Shown here in pieces: positions 8,895 to 17,924 of a stretch of 32,000 nucleotides of DNA. The notes under the pieces were generated by a model. The model saw nothing but the letters and a program-made list of their open reading frames with translations. It did no database searches and was not told the origin of the DNA. The position numbers were made by a program, and so were the translations under genes. Origin of the DNA: Flexivirga sp. (GTDB taxonomy: Bacteria > Actinomycetota > Actinomycetes > Actinomycetales > Dermatophilaceae); assembly GCF_035551235.1 (NCBI RefSeq), contig NZ_DASZNO010000030.1, positions 24,703 through 56,702 on the forward strand, read 5' to 3'. The first letter of the stretch is position 1, and each line of letters starts with the position of its first letter.

Positions 8895-8902
8895 AACGGA
8901 CA

Positions 8903-9460
8903 TCAGGAACCGCCGGGGTAGCCGTCCCCGTGCCTGTCACGGAGCAACTCGGCCAATGCCGACCGTCCGCGAGCGCACCGGGATTTGATGGTCCCCTCGG
9001 CCACACCGAGGACCTCAGCGGCCTCGGCCACGGGCAGGCCCTGCATGTCGACCAGGGTCAGCGCCAGCCGCTGGCCCTCCGGGATCCTGCCCAGGGCTTC
9101 CTGCACATCGAGTCGTATGACGGTGCTGCCGTGCACGTCGTGCCGGTCCGCGAGGTCGTATTCGGGCAGCTCCGAGGTCGGCTTGATCCGGCGCAGCCGG
9201 TCGAGGCAGGCGTTGACGATGATGCGGTGCAGCCAGGTGGTGACCTGTGCGTCGCCACGGAACGAGTCGGCGCGCCGGAAGGCCGAGATGAAGCCGTCCT
9301 GGACGGCGTCCGCGGCGATCTCCGGGTCGCGGGTGGTGCGCAGCGCGACGGCCCACATGCGGTCCTTGTGCCGCCGGAAGAGCTCACCGAACGCATCGGG
9401 GTCTCCCGAGCAGTGCGCCGCGAGCAGCTCGCGGTCGGTGCTCTCCGCCAGGTCCGTCAC
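8903..9460 (-). CDS. sigM: ECF RNA polymerase sigma factor (SigM-like by synteny)
   Basis: 185 aa. Sigma-70 region 2 (DAVQDGFISAFRRADSFRGDAQVTTWLHRIIVNACLDRLRR) and region 4 (LTLVDMQGLPVAEAAEVLGVAEGTIKSRCARGR) are present. The GTG start overlaps the upstream stop (GTGA). Position is as in M. tuberculosis Rv3911. Confidence 0.85.
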   Translation of the reverse strand: MTDLAESTDRELLAAHCSGDPDAFGELFRRHKDRMWAVALRTTRDPEIAADAVQDGFISAFRRADSFRGDAQVTTWLHRIIVNACLDRLRRIKPTSELPEYDLADRHDVHGSTVIRLDVQEALGRIPEGQRLALTLVDMQGLPVAEAAEVLGVAEGTIKSRCARGRSALAELLRDRHGDGYPGGS

Positions 9461-11322
9461 GGATACACCTTGACGTCGTTGATGCGCTCCTGGAACTTGC
9501 CGTCGTCCTGCTTGCTGAGCTGGGTGACCCAGATGGTGATGTATTTGGCGTCGGCCCCGTCCAGGTGCGCGGTCTGCGTGCCCGAGCCGGTCAGGGTGGC
9601 CTCGGGCTGGCGCGTGCTCACCGGCTCGATCACGTCGCTGACGTAGAACTTGATCGTGGACGGCCCACCCGTTGTGGTGATCTTGACGTCCTTCACGGAC
9701 TTCACCGTACCGAGGTTGAGCAGGATTCCGGTCCCTTGGCCGCCACCGCGACCGTCCGCGGTGTTGTAGTCGAAGGAGTTCCAGTAGGACCCCGGGTCGC
9801 CGTCGGTCGCATTCGCCGCGAGGCCGGAGTTCTCACCGCCGTTGATGCCGTATGACGTGGTGCGCTCGATCGTCAGCGGCTTCGCGGTCGGTTTCGGCTT
9901 GCTCGACCGGGCCGGTGCGGAACTCGACTTCGACCCACTGGCCGACGGCGACGCTGCCCCGGAAGAAGCGGCCTCGTCGGGGCTGGACGAGCCACCGAGC
10001 CCGTGCAGGCCGATCGCCGCGAAGATCACCGCGATGATCACCAGCAGCCCGACCAGCAGCAGCGCGAGCCGGCTGCTCTGGCTGTCGGGCTCGTAGCCGT
10101 GTCCGACGAGTCCGGGGACCGGCGGTTCGAGCTCGGCATATGACGGGTCGTAATCGTCGTCGACGTCGGGCGGCACCGCGGTGCGTTCACGGGCCCGCTC
10201 GAGGGTGGCGCGGGAGATCTGCGCGGTCTCGTCCGAGTTGTCGACCTCGGAGGCTGGCCCGGCGGCTGAGGCGACACCGCCCTTCGGCAACGCGGTCTTG
10301 ACGGGAGCTGCGCCGCCGGTGGGCGTGTGTCCGGCTCCGTCGGTGTCGTCGCTTGGAACCGGGGCGCCGGGAGCTGCTGGGGGCTTCGTCCCGCTCCGGT
10401 CACCGCCGGGGACGGCCTGCAGGGTCGCCGCCGACTTGCCGCCGGATCCGGTCGTACGACGGGTCGACGTCGTCACGCGCTCGGAGGACCACGGCGCCAG
10501 CTGCCGGGCGAGCTCACCCGGCGTGCGCGGGCCCTCGTCGGCGCCGAGCGTCGTCCGGCACAGCGTGTCCAGGTCGCCCGGGACACCCGGCACCAGCTCG
10601 CTGGGCGACGGCAACTCGCCGTCGGCGCGGCGGGAGACGTTCTGCAGGCCGGGGACAGATTCCTCTCCGGGCCAGCGGCGGGTCAGCCCGGCATACACGA
10701 TCTGGACGAGGGCCACGGTGTCCGCGCGGGAGGCGTCCTCCGAGGACAGGTCGTCAGCGCCGGCGAGCGCTGCGTCGGTCGGCAGGCCGAGCACGGAGAC
10801 GGCGCCGTCGGGCGAGGAGACGATGTCGTGGGGCGTGAGCTGCAGGTGGTGCAGGCCGCGTGCCGAGGCGGCGCCCAGGCCACTGGCCGCCTCGCCGACC
10901 ATCCGGCGCACCTCTTCGGGCGGCAACGGGTCGAACTGCAATGCGGCCGCAATGGATTCGGCACCGTGCAGCGCCTCGGTGATGACGTATGCCGTGCCGT
11001 TCTCGCGGCCGACGTCGAGCACCCGCGGCAGGTGCCGGTCCTCGACACCCGCAGCACGGCGGGCGCTGTCGAGCGCGGCCTCGGCATGATCGAAGTCGGC
11101 CGGGAAGACGGTTGCGGTCACCTCGCGCCCGAGCGTCGCGTCGGTGGCGATCCACAGCTCCTGGTCCGCTCGACCCGCCAGCTTGCGGGTCAGCGTGTAG
11201 CGCTGTGCCAGCACGGTGTTCTCGCCGATGGCTCGCACGTGGACCTTGGCTCCCTGTTCGCGGTACGGACACCGCCCGGGTGCGGCGCCGATGGGCGACG
11301 CGTGCCCGCCTCGGGCGACCAC
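9457..11322 (-). CDS. Stand-alone pseudokinase - TM - discoidin-like carbohydrate-binding domain protein (equivalent to the C-terminal half of mycobacterial MviN)
   Basis: Has a kinase-like fold lacking the catalytic motifs: no GxGxxG, no VAIK lysine, HHLQLTPHD in place of HRDxKxxN, and no DFG. This is followed by an Ala/Pro/Ser linker, a TM helix (LALLLVGLLVIIAVIFAAIGL) and a C-terminal ANATDGDPGSYWNSF...ITIWVT domain. An alternative start is GTG 11238, preceded by GGGAGCCAAGG. Confidence 0.8.
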   Translation of the reverse strand: MVARGGHASPIGAAPGRCPYREQGAKVHVRAIGENTVLAQRYTLTRKLAGRADQELWIATDATLGREVTATVFPADFDHAEAALDSARRAAGVEDRHLPRVLDVGRENGTAYVITEALHGAESIAAALQFDPLPPEEVRRMVGEAASGLGAASARGLHHLQLTPHDIVSSPDGAVSVLGLPTDAALAGADDLSSEDASRADTVALVQIVYAGLTRRWPGEESVPGLQNVSRRADGELPSPSELVPGVPGDLDTLCRTTLGADEGPRTPGELARQLAPWSSERVTTSTRRTTGSGGKSAATLQAVPGGDRSGTKPPAAPGAPVPSDDTDGAGHTPTGGAAPVKTALPKGGVASAAGPASEVDNSDETAQISRATLERARERTAVPPDVDDDYDPSYAELEPPVPGLVGHGYEPDSQSSRLALLLVGLLVIIAVIFAAIGLHGLGGSSSPDEAASSGAASPSASGSKSSSAPARSSKPKPTAKPLTIERTTSYGINGGENSGLAANATDGDPGSYWNSFDYNTADGRGGGQGTGILLNLGTVKSVKDVKITTTGGPSTIKFYVSDVIEPVSTRQPEATLTGSGTQTAHLDGADAKYITIWVTQLSKQDDGKFQERINDVKVYP

Positions 11323-11428
11323 ACATCGGCCACATCCTAGGAGGCATCCGGCGCGGTCCCGTGAGGGACACGCTTCGGGAGCGCCGATCCGCTGTCGGGT
11401 CGCGGTGCCGCGCAGGCCTTGTTCCGTG

Positions 11429-11460
11429 GGTGATCAACAGGTGATCAACGGGTGATCAGC
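11429..11460. repeat. Three phased GGTGATCA(A/G)C units, 11-bp period
   Basis: TGATCA palindromes lie at 11431-36, 11442-47 and 11453-58. The third contains the murJ TGA stop. Confidence 0.9.
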
Positions 11461-13300
11461 GGCCCAGCAACCGGCGTACGCCGCCCAGCTTGCCCTGTAT
11501 GGCGTCGACGAGCTCCTCGACCTCCTTGACGTGCAGCCGGCGGGAGAACAGCACGTAGAGCACGAGGAACACGACCACGGCGACGACGAAGACGACGAAA
11601 TTGGCGAGCCGGCTGTCGTGACCGGTCAGCAGTTCGGTGCCGTACCGGGCGGCGAACGCGACGGCCATCGCGAACACCGACGCCACGGCCAGGCGTGCCC
11701 ACGTCTGTGCCACGCCGACCATCCGCAGGCCGGGCAGCTGCTGGTCACGCAGCCAGCGGTATCCGAGGGTGGCCTCGACGAAGTAGGCGATCGAGCCGGC
11801 CAGGCAGACTCCGAAGCCGCGCCAGTCATCGGGCAGCAGGATGCAGGGAACAGCCAGCACGCTGGTGATGATCGTGCACCAGACCTGCATCTTGAAGGGC
11901 GTCTTCGCGTCCTGGTAGGCGAACAATGCGCGCTGCACGACCACGCAGACGGTGAACGGCACGAGTCCGATGAGCAGCGCGATGGTCTGGCGCTCGACCG
12001 CCGTGGCCAGTGACGGGTAGAACGCCGCGCACAGCGGGCCGGCGGCGACCAGCGCACCGAAGGTCGCCGGCATCGTCGCCACGGACGACAGCCGCAGGCT
12101 GAACTCGGTGTCGTGCGCGACCGCCCGGGTGCGGCCCTCGTGGGCCGCGCGCGACATACGGGTGAACAGGGCGGTGATCAGGCTGAGCGTCACGAGCGAG
12201 TGCGGCAGCATGAAGAACAGGAACGCGTAGCCCTGCGCCTGGTTGGCCGAGCCGATCGGGTTCAGCAGGTTCCCGGTGACCAGGAAGACCCCGAGTTGCT
12301 GGACGATCACGGCACCGAAGGCCCACCCGGCGATCGTCGAGGTGCTGCGCAGGCCGACCCCGCGGAACGAGAAGTTGGGCGACCAGGTGTAGCCGGAGCG
12401 CCGCAGCGGAATGATCAGCACGACGGCCTGCGCGATGATCCCCAGCGTCGCCGAACCGGCGAAGATCACCACCATCGAGGTCGTCCAGTCGGCCGGGTCA
12501 CCGACCCGGTGGTGGTCGGCGACGAGCAGCCAGACCACACCCGCGATCGCGAACACGTTGGCCAGCGCCGGCGACCACATGAGCGCGCCGAACCGGCTCC
12601 GGGCGTTGAGGATCTCGCCGAGCATCGTGTAGAGGCCGTAGAAGAACAGTTGCGGCATACACAGCAGCGTGAACAGAATGCCGAGTCGCCACGTGTCGCC
12701 GGTCGCGTGGACGTAGCCGACCTTGAACACCACCGGGGCCGCGGCCATGAAGATCACGGTCGCGCCCAGCAGGATCGACATCGCCAGGGTGAGGATGCGG
12801 TCCGTGTAGGCCTTGCCGCCGTCCGGATCCTTCAGGGCGCGGGTGATCTGCGGCACCAGCACCGCGTTGATCACACCACCGGCGAGCAGCAGGTAGATCT
12901 GGTTGGGGATCTTGTTCGAGGTCTCCCACACGTTGCCCGCGACGCCGATGATCAGTGCCGCCATCAGGATCGTCCGGACGAAACCCAGCGCTCGCGACAC
13001 CAGGGTGCCGGCGGCCATCACCGCGCTGGCCCGCCCGATGCCGCCCTCGGCGGCGGGCGCCTCGGCGGGTATGGCGGCCGGTGGCGCCACGTCGGGGTCC
13101 TCCCCGCGCGCGATCGCGTCCTTGCGTGCGGCGATCACGTCCGGGTCGGGCAGCGGCAGGTAGCCGGAGTCCTCGCCGATCCAGGCGGCATACATCGAAC
13201 CCAGGCTGCCCTGGCCCTCCGGTGCGCCCGCTGCGGCGCGGGAACGCAGGTCGGACTCGGCGTACAGCTGGCCCAGGCTGGGTCGGCTCTCGTCAGTCAT
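11456..13300 (-). CDS. murJ: Lipid II flippase MurJ/MviN
   Basis: Polytopic membrane protein with MurJ N-terminal motifs (AAGTLVSRALGFVRTILMAALIG...NKIPNQIYLLLAGGVINAVLVPQ). ATG 13300 overlaps the upstream gene by 8 nt (ATGACTGA). The ORF extension to 13438 lies inside the upstream gene. Confidence 0.9.
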   Translation of the reverse strand: MTDESRPSLGQLYAESDLRSRAAAGAPEGQGSLGSMYAAWIGEDSGYLPLPDPDVIAARKDAIARGEDPDVAPPAAIPAEAPAAEGGIGRASAVMAAGTLVSRALGFVRTILMAALIIGVAGNVWETSNKIPNQIYLLLAGGVINAVLVPQITRALKDPDGGKAYTDRILTLAMSILLGATVIFMAAAPVVFKVGYVHATGDTWRLGILFTLLCMPQLFFYGLYTMLGEILNARSRFGALMWSPALANVFAIAGVVWLLVADHHRVGDPADWTTSMVVIFAGSATLGIIAQAVVLIIPLRRSGYTWSPNFSFRGVGLRSTSTIAGWAFGAVIVQQLGVFLVTGNLLNPIGSANQAQGYAFLFFMLPHSLVTLSLITALFTRMSRAAHEGRTRAVAHDTEFSLRLSSVATMPATFGALVAAGPLCAAFYPSLATAVERQTIALLIGLVPFTVCVVVQRALFAYQDAKTPFKMQVWCTIITSVLAVPCILLPDDWRGFGVCLAGSIAYFVEATLGYRWLRDQQLPGLRMVGVAQTWARLAVASVFAMAVAFAARYGTELLTGHDSRLANFVVFVVAVVVFLVLYVLFSRRLHVKEVEELVDAIQGKLGGVRRLLGR

Positions 13301-15806
13301 CGGTGTCGGTGCCCTCGTCGTCGGTGTACCTGTCGGAGTGCTCGGTGTGCGCTGTCGGCTTGCGTCCGGCGTCGACGATCGCGTCGTTCGGCGTCGGGCT
13401 GTCGGTCGCGGCCGGTGCGGAAGCGGTCCGTGGGCCACGTCGTATGGCGCGCCACAGGCCCACCACGAGGATCAGGCCGGCGATCACGCCCAGCACCCAC
13501 ATGATCCACCCGGACGTCGGGTGAACGTTGATCTGCACCGGTGACGGCACGTCCGCGTCCGTGAGCGGGGTGCCGTCCGGCGCGCGCAGCACGGCGTCCA
13601 GGGGGACGGTGCCACCACCGACCGCCTCGATGTGGAAGTGCGCGGTGGCGCGCGACGTCGCGTCGATGTCGACCGTCTTGACCGAGTTGGTGACCCGGAT
13701 GAGGTACTTGCGCGGCTGCACGTCCAGCTGGACGTTGTGCACCGGGCGGTTCAGCTCGTTGGAGATCGTGATGCTGATGTCACCGGAGTCGGCGAAGAAG
13801 TTGATGGTCGAGGACCGGATGGTCAGCTTGTGCAGCATCGCGGTGACCGCGACGGTGTTGCGGTCGGCGACGGCGGCCAGCTTGGCGGCCGTGCCGCGCC
13901 ACCGGGTCGAGCCGATGATGTCGAGTCCACGCTTGCGATCCGGTATGACGTCCTCGCCGTCGACCAGCACGCTCTGCAGGGCCGTGAGGCGCTGGCGCGA
14001 CGCGGCCAGGTCGTTCAGCTCCGCCTTGGTGAGCGCGGCGCGCGCGACCTTCGGGGTCGAGTCACCCGTGCCCGGGTTCCTCAGCAGGGAGGTCCTCGGC
14101 GCCGACTTCAGCGCCGTCGCGGTCTGGGTGCCGGTGCGCAGCTTGACCCAGTGCGCCGCGCCCAGGGCATCGAGCTGGGCCGCGAGCTGGGTGGGGTTGG
14201 CACCGCCGGTGCGCGGCGCGACCAGTGCGATGGACCGCGGTGTGCCGGGCGACTGCTGGTAGAGGGCGAGCGACTGGGTCAGCAGCCGGCTGGTCTGCGT
14301 GCCCGGGGAGGTGGTCGACGTGCTGAATGCCTTGGACAGCTGCTCGTCATACGTCAGGACGCCGGAGGTACCGGCCGCACGGTGGGTCGCGGTCGTGGCC
14401 GGCGACCCGCCGACGGCGCGGCTCGGCAGCAGCGCCATCGTGGGGCTCTTGCTGCGGGTCGCGAGGTCCTTGGCGAACGACGTGACGGCCGTCCCGGCCA
14501 GGTCGCCGGTGGGCCAGACCAGGCGCGTGTCGCCGAGGTGCTTGACGCCGGCGGGCAGTGGACGGGAGAAGTCGCGGCTCGCCAGGGCCGTGCCGGCCGT
14601 CCCCCGCTGCCGCAGCGCCGTGAGGTCGGGGTCGTCCGACGGCAGCCACCACACGGACTGCTTCGCGTCGAGCGAGGTCAGCCGGGCGCTGAGCGCTGAC
14701 ACTGCCGCGTCGATCTTGCCGTGCGGGGTCTTGGGCGGGGTGGTGCTGGTCGGTGAGGACGGCGTCGTGGACCGGGTGGACCCGTCGCTGCTGCCCGACG
14801 AACCGCTGGTCGTCCCGGAGTCGGTGCCGTTGGTGTCGTCGGTGGACGTGGATCCGCCGGACGGCGTGCCCGACGTCGTGCTGGTCGGATCGGGGGTGCC
14901 GCTGGAGTCCCCGGTCGACGAGGTCCCGTCGGACGCGCCGGAGTGCTGCCCCGACCCGCTCGACCCGCTCGATCCGCCGGACGTGCTCGAGCTCGGCGAA
15001 CCGGACGGCGACTCGCTCGGCGTCACCGCCGGCACGTTGCCGTCGGCCGCGGGCGGCGGATCGAGCAGCGCGGGGTCGACGGCGAAGATCACCGGTTTGC
15101 CGGCGAAGGCGTCGAGGGTCTGCTGCACCTGGGAGTTCGGCCCGATCGCGCGCTCCCACGCCGCGGCACGCGCCGCGCCGCTCGGCCCGAACAGGTCCGG
15201 ATCGGCCGGCAGGGTGAGCGGTATGACGACCGTGACCTGCAGCGGTGATGGCACCGGCTTGTTCTGCAGCGCGAGGGTGCTGCGCGCCATACCTCGTATG
15301 CCGGAGGCGCCCGCCGAGGACCCGTCGGTGACCGTGACCGTCAGCGGCAGCGAGGCCAGGCCGTAGCCGTAGTCGAGCTTCTTGCCGGGGATGGTGACGG
15401 AGAACGGGGTGCTGCTGCCGGCACTGAGGGCGCCCGCGTCCGCGGTGGCCTTCTGCGTGGTGGGGACGTCGAGCTTGCCGGTCATCCAGCTCTCGGCGGC
15501 GGAACGTGTGTCCAGCAGCTGTGTGCCGACCGACACGTGCGCGACCGCGTGCGCCATATCGGTGGGGCCGGTGTTGGTGATGGTGCCGGTGACGGTCACC
15601 GACTGGCCGGAGGCCGACACGGCCGGCAGATTGGCGTCGAGACTGATCCGGGCCGAGGAGGAAGTGTCGGCGCTCGCGGGGGACGCGCCGAGGGTGAAGC
15701 TGAGCGAGAAGAGTGCGAGCAGCAGTGCGAGCAGTGCGGCGCCGGCGGCCTGGTTATGCCGAAGGAGCCAGGTGTTGCCAGGCGGTTTGGACGATGCGTC
15801 GTTCAT
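13293..15806 (-). CDS. Large secreted/membrane-anchored protein, Rv3909-like (unknown function)
   Basis: 837 aa. Has a Sec signal peptide (ALLALLLALFSLSFTLGASPASA/DT), a roughly 100-aa Ser/Thr/Gly/Pro linker (nt 14727-15023) and a C-terminal TM helix (WIMWVLGVIAGLILVVGLW) with an acidic tail. Conserved position between the Nudix gene and murJ. Confidence 0.8.
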   Translation of the reverse strand: MNDASSKPPGNTWLLRHNQAAGAALLALLLALFSLSFTLGASPASADTSSSARISLDANLPAVSASGQSVTVTGTITNTGPTDMAHAVAHVSVGTQLLDTRSAAESWMTGKLDVPTTQKATADAGALSAGSSTPFSVTIPGKKLDYGYGLASLPLTVTVTDGSSAGASGIRGMARSTLALQNKPVPSPLQVTVVIPLTLPADPDLFGPSGAARAAAWERAIGPNSQVQQTLDAFAGKPVIFAVDPALLDPPPAADGNVPAVTPSESPSGSPSSSTSGGSSGSSGSGQHSGASDGTSSTGDSSGTPDPTSTTSGTPSGGSTSTDDTNGTDSGTTSGSSGSSDGSTRSTTPSSPTSTTPPKTPHGKIDAAVSALSARLTSLDAKQSVWWLPSDDPDLTALRQRGTAGTALASRDFSRPLPAGVKHLGDTRLVWPTGDLAGTAVTSFAKDLATRSKSPTMALLPSRAVGGSPATTATHRAAGTSGVLTYDEQLSKAFSTSTTSPGTQTSRLLTQSLALYQQSPGTPRSIALVAPRTGGANPTQLAAQLDALGAAHWVKLRTGTQTATALKSAPRTSLLRNPGTGDSTPKVARAALTKAELNDLAASRQRLTALQSVLVDGEDVIPDRKRGLDIIGSTRWRGTAAKLAAVADRNTVAVTAMLHKLTIRSSTINFFADSGDISITISNELNRPVHNVQLDVQPRKYLIRVTNSVKTVDIDATSRATAHFHIEAVGGGTVPLDAVLRAPDGTPLTDADVPSPVQINVHPTSGWIMWVLGVIAGLILVVGLWRAIRRGPRTASAPAATDSPTPNDAIVDAGRKPTAHTEHSDRYTDDEGTDTDD

Positions 15807-16239
15807 TGGGGAAGGTCAGCTTCCGTTGCACACGGTCCAGGCGGAACCAGCGCGCGTCGACGGCCTCGTGATCGGGGTCGCCGTCGATGCTGATCTCGCC
15901 ACCGAGTGCCTCCAACATGTAGTGATGGACCCGCTTGTGAATGCGTAGCTGCGGGGTGCTGAACCAATAATCGATCGTGCCCAGGGTCACCAGGGCACGT
16001 CCGATGATGCCTGTTTCCTCCTGGACTTCGCGAACTGCCGTCTCGACCAGTGTTTCGCCCGGCTCGACATGTCCCTTGGGCAGGCACCACTCGAGCCGAC
16101 CGGCCCGGTTGTGCCGGGCGATCAGTGCGATCCAGGCGTAACCACCAGCCACGTCGATGATCACGCCACCCGCCGATGTCTCCTCCACGGCAGGCAACCG
16201 CCGCACGGGGCGGTCGGCGCGCGGCGGGTGGAGGGTCAT
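15754..16239 (-). CDS. Nudix hydrolase (MutT4-like by position)
   Basis: Nudix box GHVEPGETLVETAVREVQEETGI. 161 aa. The 3' end overlaps the start of the downstream gene by 53 nt. Confidence 0.85.
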   Translation of the reverse strand: MTLHPPRADRPVRRLPAVEETSAGGVIIDVAGGYAWIALIARHNRAGRLEWCLPKGHVEPGETLVETAVREVQEETGIIGRALVTLGTIDYWFSTPQLRIHKRVHHYMLEALGGEISIDGDPDHEAVDARWFRLDRVQRKLTFPNERRIVQTAWQHLAPSA

Positions 16240-16304
16240 CTCGACACTCTAAACCGCGGTCGCCGCGACTCCCAGCGGATCGAGCCATTCGCCTCACCTA
16301 CCCT

Positions 16305-17858
16305 GTGGTGGTGCCGACGCCCCCACGACCCGACAATCCTGTGTCCCCCGGCGAGTCCCCCGGCGACCTGCAGCGCCGTGCGGTCGCGCAGCTGGCACCG
16401 GTACTGCCGCTGCTGCAGGAACTCGGTGCGCTCTTCGCCGACGCGGGCCATGAACTCGCTCTGGTCGGCGGTCCGGTGCGCGACGCGTTCCTCGGCCGGG
16501 CCTCCTCGGACCTGGACCTGACGACGTCCGCGCGTCCCGAGCAGATCGAAGCGCTGCTGAAGCCGTGGGCCGACACGACCTGGGACATCGGGCGAGATTT
16601 CGGCACGATCGGGGCCCGGCGCGGCGACGCCATCGTCGAGGTCACGACCTACCGCGCGGACGCCTACGACCGGCAGACCCGCAAGCCGATCGTCAGTTTC
16701 GGCGACTCGCTCACCGACGATCTGGTGCGGCGCGACTTCACCGTCAACGCCATGGCCCTGCGGTTGCCGGCCCTGGACTTCGTCGACCCGTATGACGGGA
16801 TGGGCGCGCTCGCGGCGGGCACGCTGATGACACCGTCGGCTCCGGAGGTCTCCTTCGGCGACGATCCGCTGCGGATGATGCGGGCGGCGCGGTTCGCGGC
16901 CCAGCTGGGCTTCACCGTCGACCCGCGTGCCCGTGCCGCGATGAGCGAGCTCGCGGGGTCGATCGGGATGATCTCGGCCGAGCGGGTGCACGACGAGCTG
17001 GTCAAGCTGATGCTTGCTCCCGACCCGCGCGCCGGCCTGACCCTGCTGGTCGACACCGGCATCGCCGATCACGTGCTGCCGGAGTTGCCCGCGCTGCGGC
17101 TGGAGCTCGACGAGCATCATCGGCACAAGGACGTCTACGAGCACTCGTTGACGGTGCTCGAGCAGGCGATGGCGCTGGAGGGCGACCGCGTCGTGCCGGG
17201 GCTGGAGCAACCGGAGCTGGTGCCGGGGCCGGACCTGGTGCTGCGGCTGGCGGCGCTGCTGCACGACATCGGCAAGCCGGCCACCCGCCGCTTCGAGAAG
17301 CGCGGTGGCGTCTCCTTCCATCACCACGAGATGGTCGGCGCCAAGCTGGTGCGCAAGCGGCTGAAGGCGCTGCGCTTCGACAGGGACACCATCAAGCAGG
17401 TGTCCCGGCTGACCGAGCTGCACCTGCGCTTCCACGGGTATGGCGGGCCGGGCGTTCCCACCTCCGGCACCGCGGCCAACATCGACTCGCCGTGGACCGA
17501 CTCCGCCGTACGGCGCTACATCACCGACGCCGGTCCGCTGTTGTCCCGGCTGCACCTGCTGACCCGGTCTGACTGCACCACCCGGAACCGCCGCAAGGCG
17601 GCGGCGCTCTCGGCGGCATACGACAGCCTGGAGGTGCGGATCGCGGCGCTGCGCGAGCAGGAGGAGCTGGACGCCGTCCGGCCCGAGCTGAACGGCAATC
17701 AGATCGCCGAAACCCTTGGCATCACACCGGGTCCGGTCCTCGGGCGCGCCTACAAGCACCTGCTGGCGTTCCGGCTCGACACCGGCCCGGTCGGCGAGGA
17801 CGCCGCCCGCGAGGAGCTGCTGCGCTGGTGGGCCGACCAGCCCGAATCGAACGAGTAG
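16305..17858 (+). CDS. cca: CCA tRNA nucleotidyltransferase (PcnA/CCA-adding enzyme) with HD domain
   Basis: LVGGPVRDAFLGRASSDLDLTT nucleotidyltransferase motif, RRDFTVNAMA, and HD motif LLHDIGKP. GTG 16305 is the first start clear of the divergent Nudix gene. The ORF extension back to 16176 overlaps that gene. Confidence 0.85.
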   Translation: MVVPTPPRPDNPVSPGESPGDLQRRAVAQLAPVLPLLQELGALFADAGHELALVGGPVRDAFLGRASSDLDLTTSARPEQIEALLKPWADTTWDIGRDFGTIGARRGDAIVEVTTYRADAYDRQTRKPIVSFGDSLTDDLVRRDFTVNAMALRLPALDFVDPYDGMGALAAGTLMTPSAPEVSFGDDPLRMMRAARFAAQLGFTVDPRARAAMSELAGSIGMISAERVHDELVKLMLAPDPRAGLTLLVDTGIADHVLPELPALRLELDEHHRHKDVYEHSLTVLEQAMALEGDRVVPGLEQPELVPGPDLVLRLAALLHDIGKPATRRFEKRGGVSFHHHEMVGAKLVRKRLKALRFDRDTIKQVSRLTELHLRFHGYGGPGVPTSGTAANIDSPWTDSAVRRYITDAGPLLSRLHLLTRSDCTTRNRRKAAALSAAYDSLEVRIAALREQEELDAVRPELNGNQIAETLGITPGPVLGRAYKHLLAFRLDTGPVGEDAAREELLRWWADQPESNE

Positions 17859-17865
17859 AACCAGT

Positions 17866-17924
17866 AGAACCACCCACCCCTCGTTAACAGCCATCCACCC
17901 CTCACCCAGAACCACCCACCCCTC
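17866..17924. repeat. Two perfect 17-nt direct repeats agaaccacccacccctc (17866-82, 17908-24) plus a third CCACCCCTC core
   Basis: Read directly. The third core is at 17895-17903. The cca stop lies in a 9-nt tandem gtagaacca x2 (17855-17872), which gives two in-frame TAG codons. Confidence 0.9.

Noticed and set aside
11395-11425. GGAAC motif (minus strand, 11425-11421) upstream of the pseudokinase-sigM unit as a possible autoregulatory ECF promoter
   Set aside because: No CGT-containing -10 element lies at 16-18 nt (sequence there is ...CACCGCGACC). The -35-like pentamer alone is not sufficient.
14727-15023. Ser/Thr/Gly-rich stretch as a separate repeat-protein gene or a sequencing artefact
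   Set aside because: It is in frame within a continuous 837-aa ORF with a signal peptide and C-terminal anchor. Such low-complexity linkers are common in actinobacterial envelope proteins.
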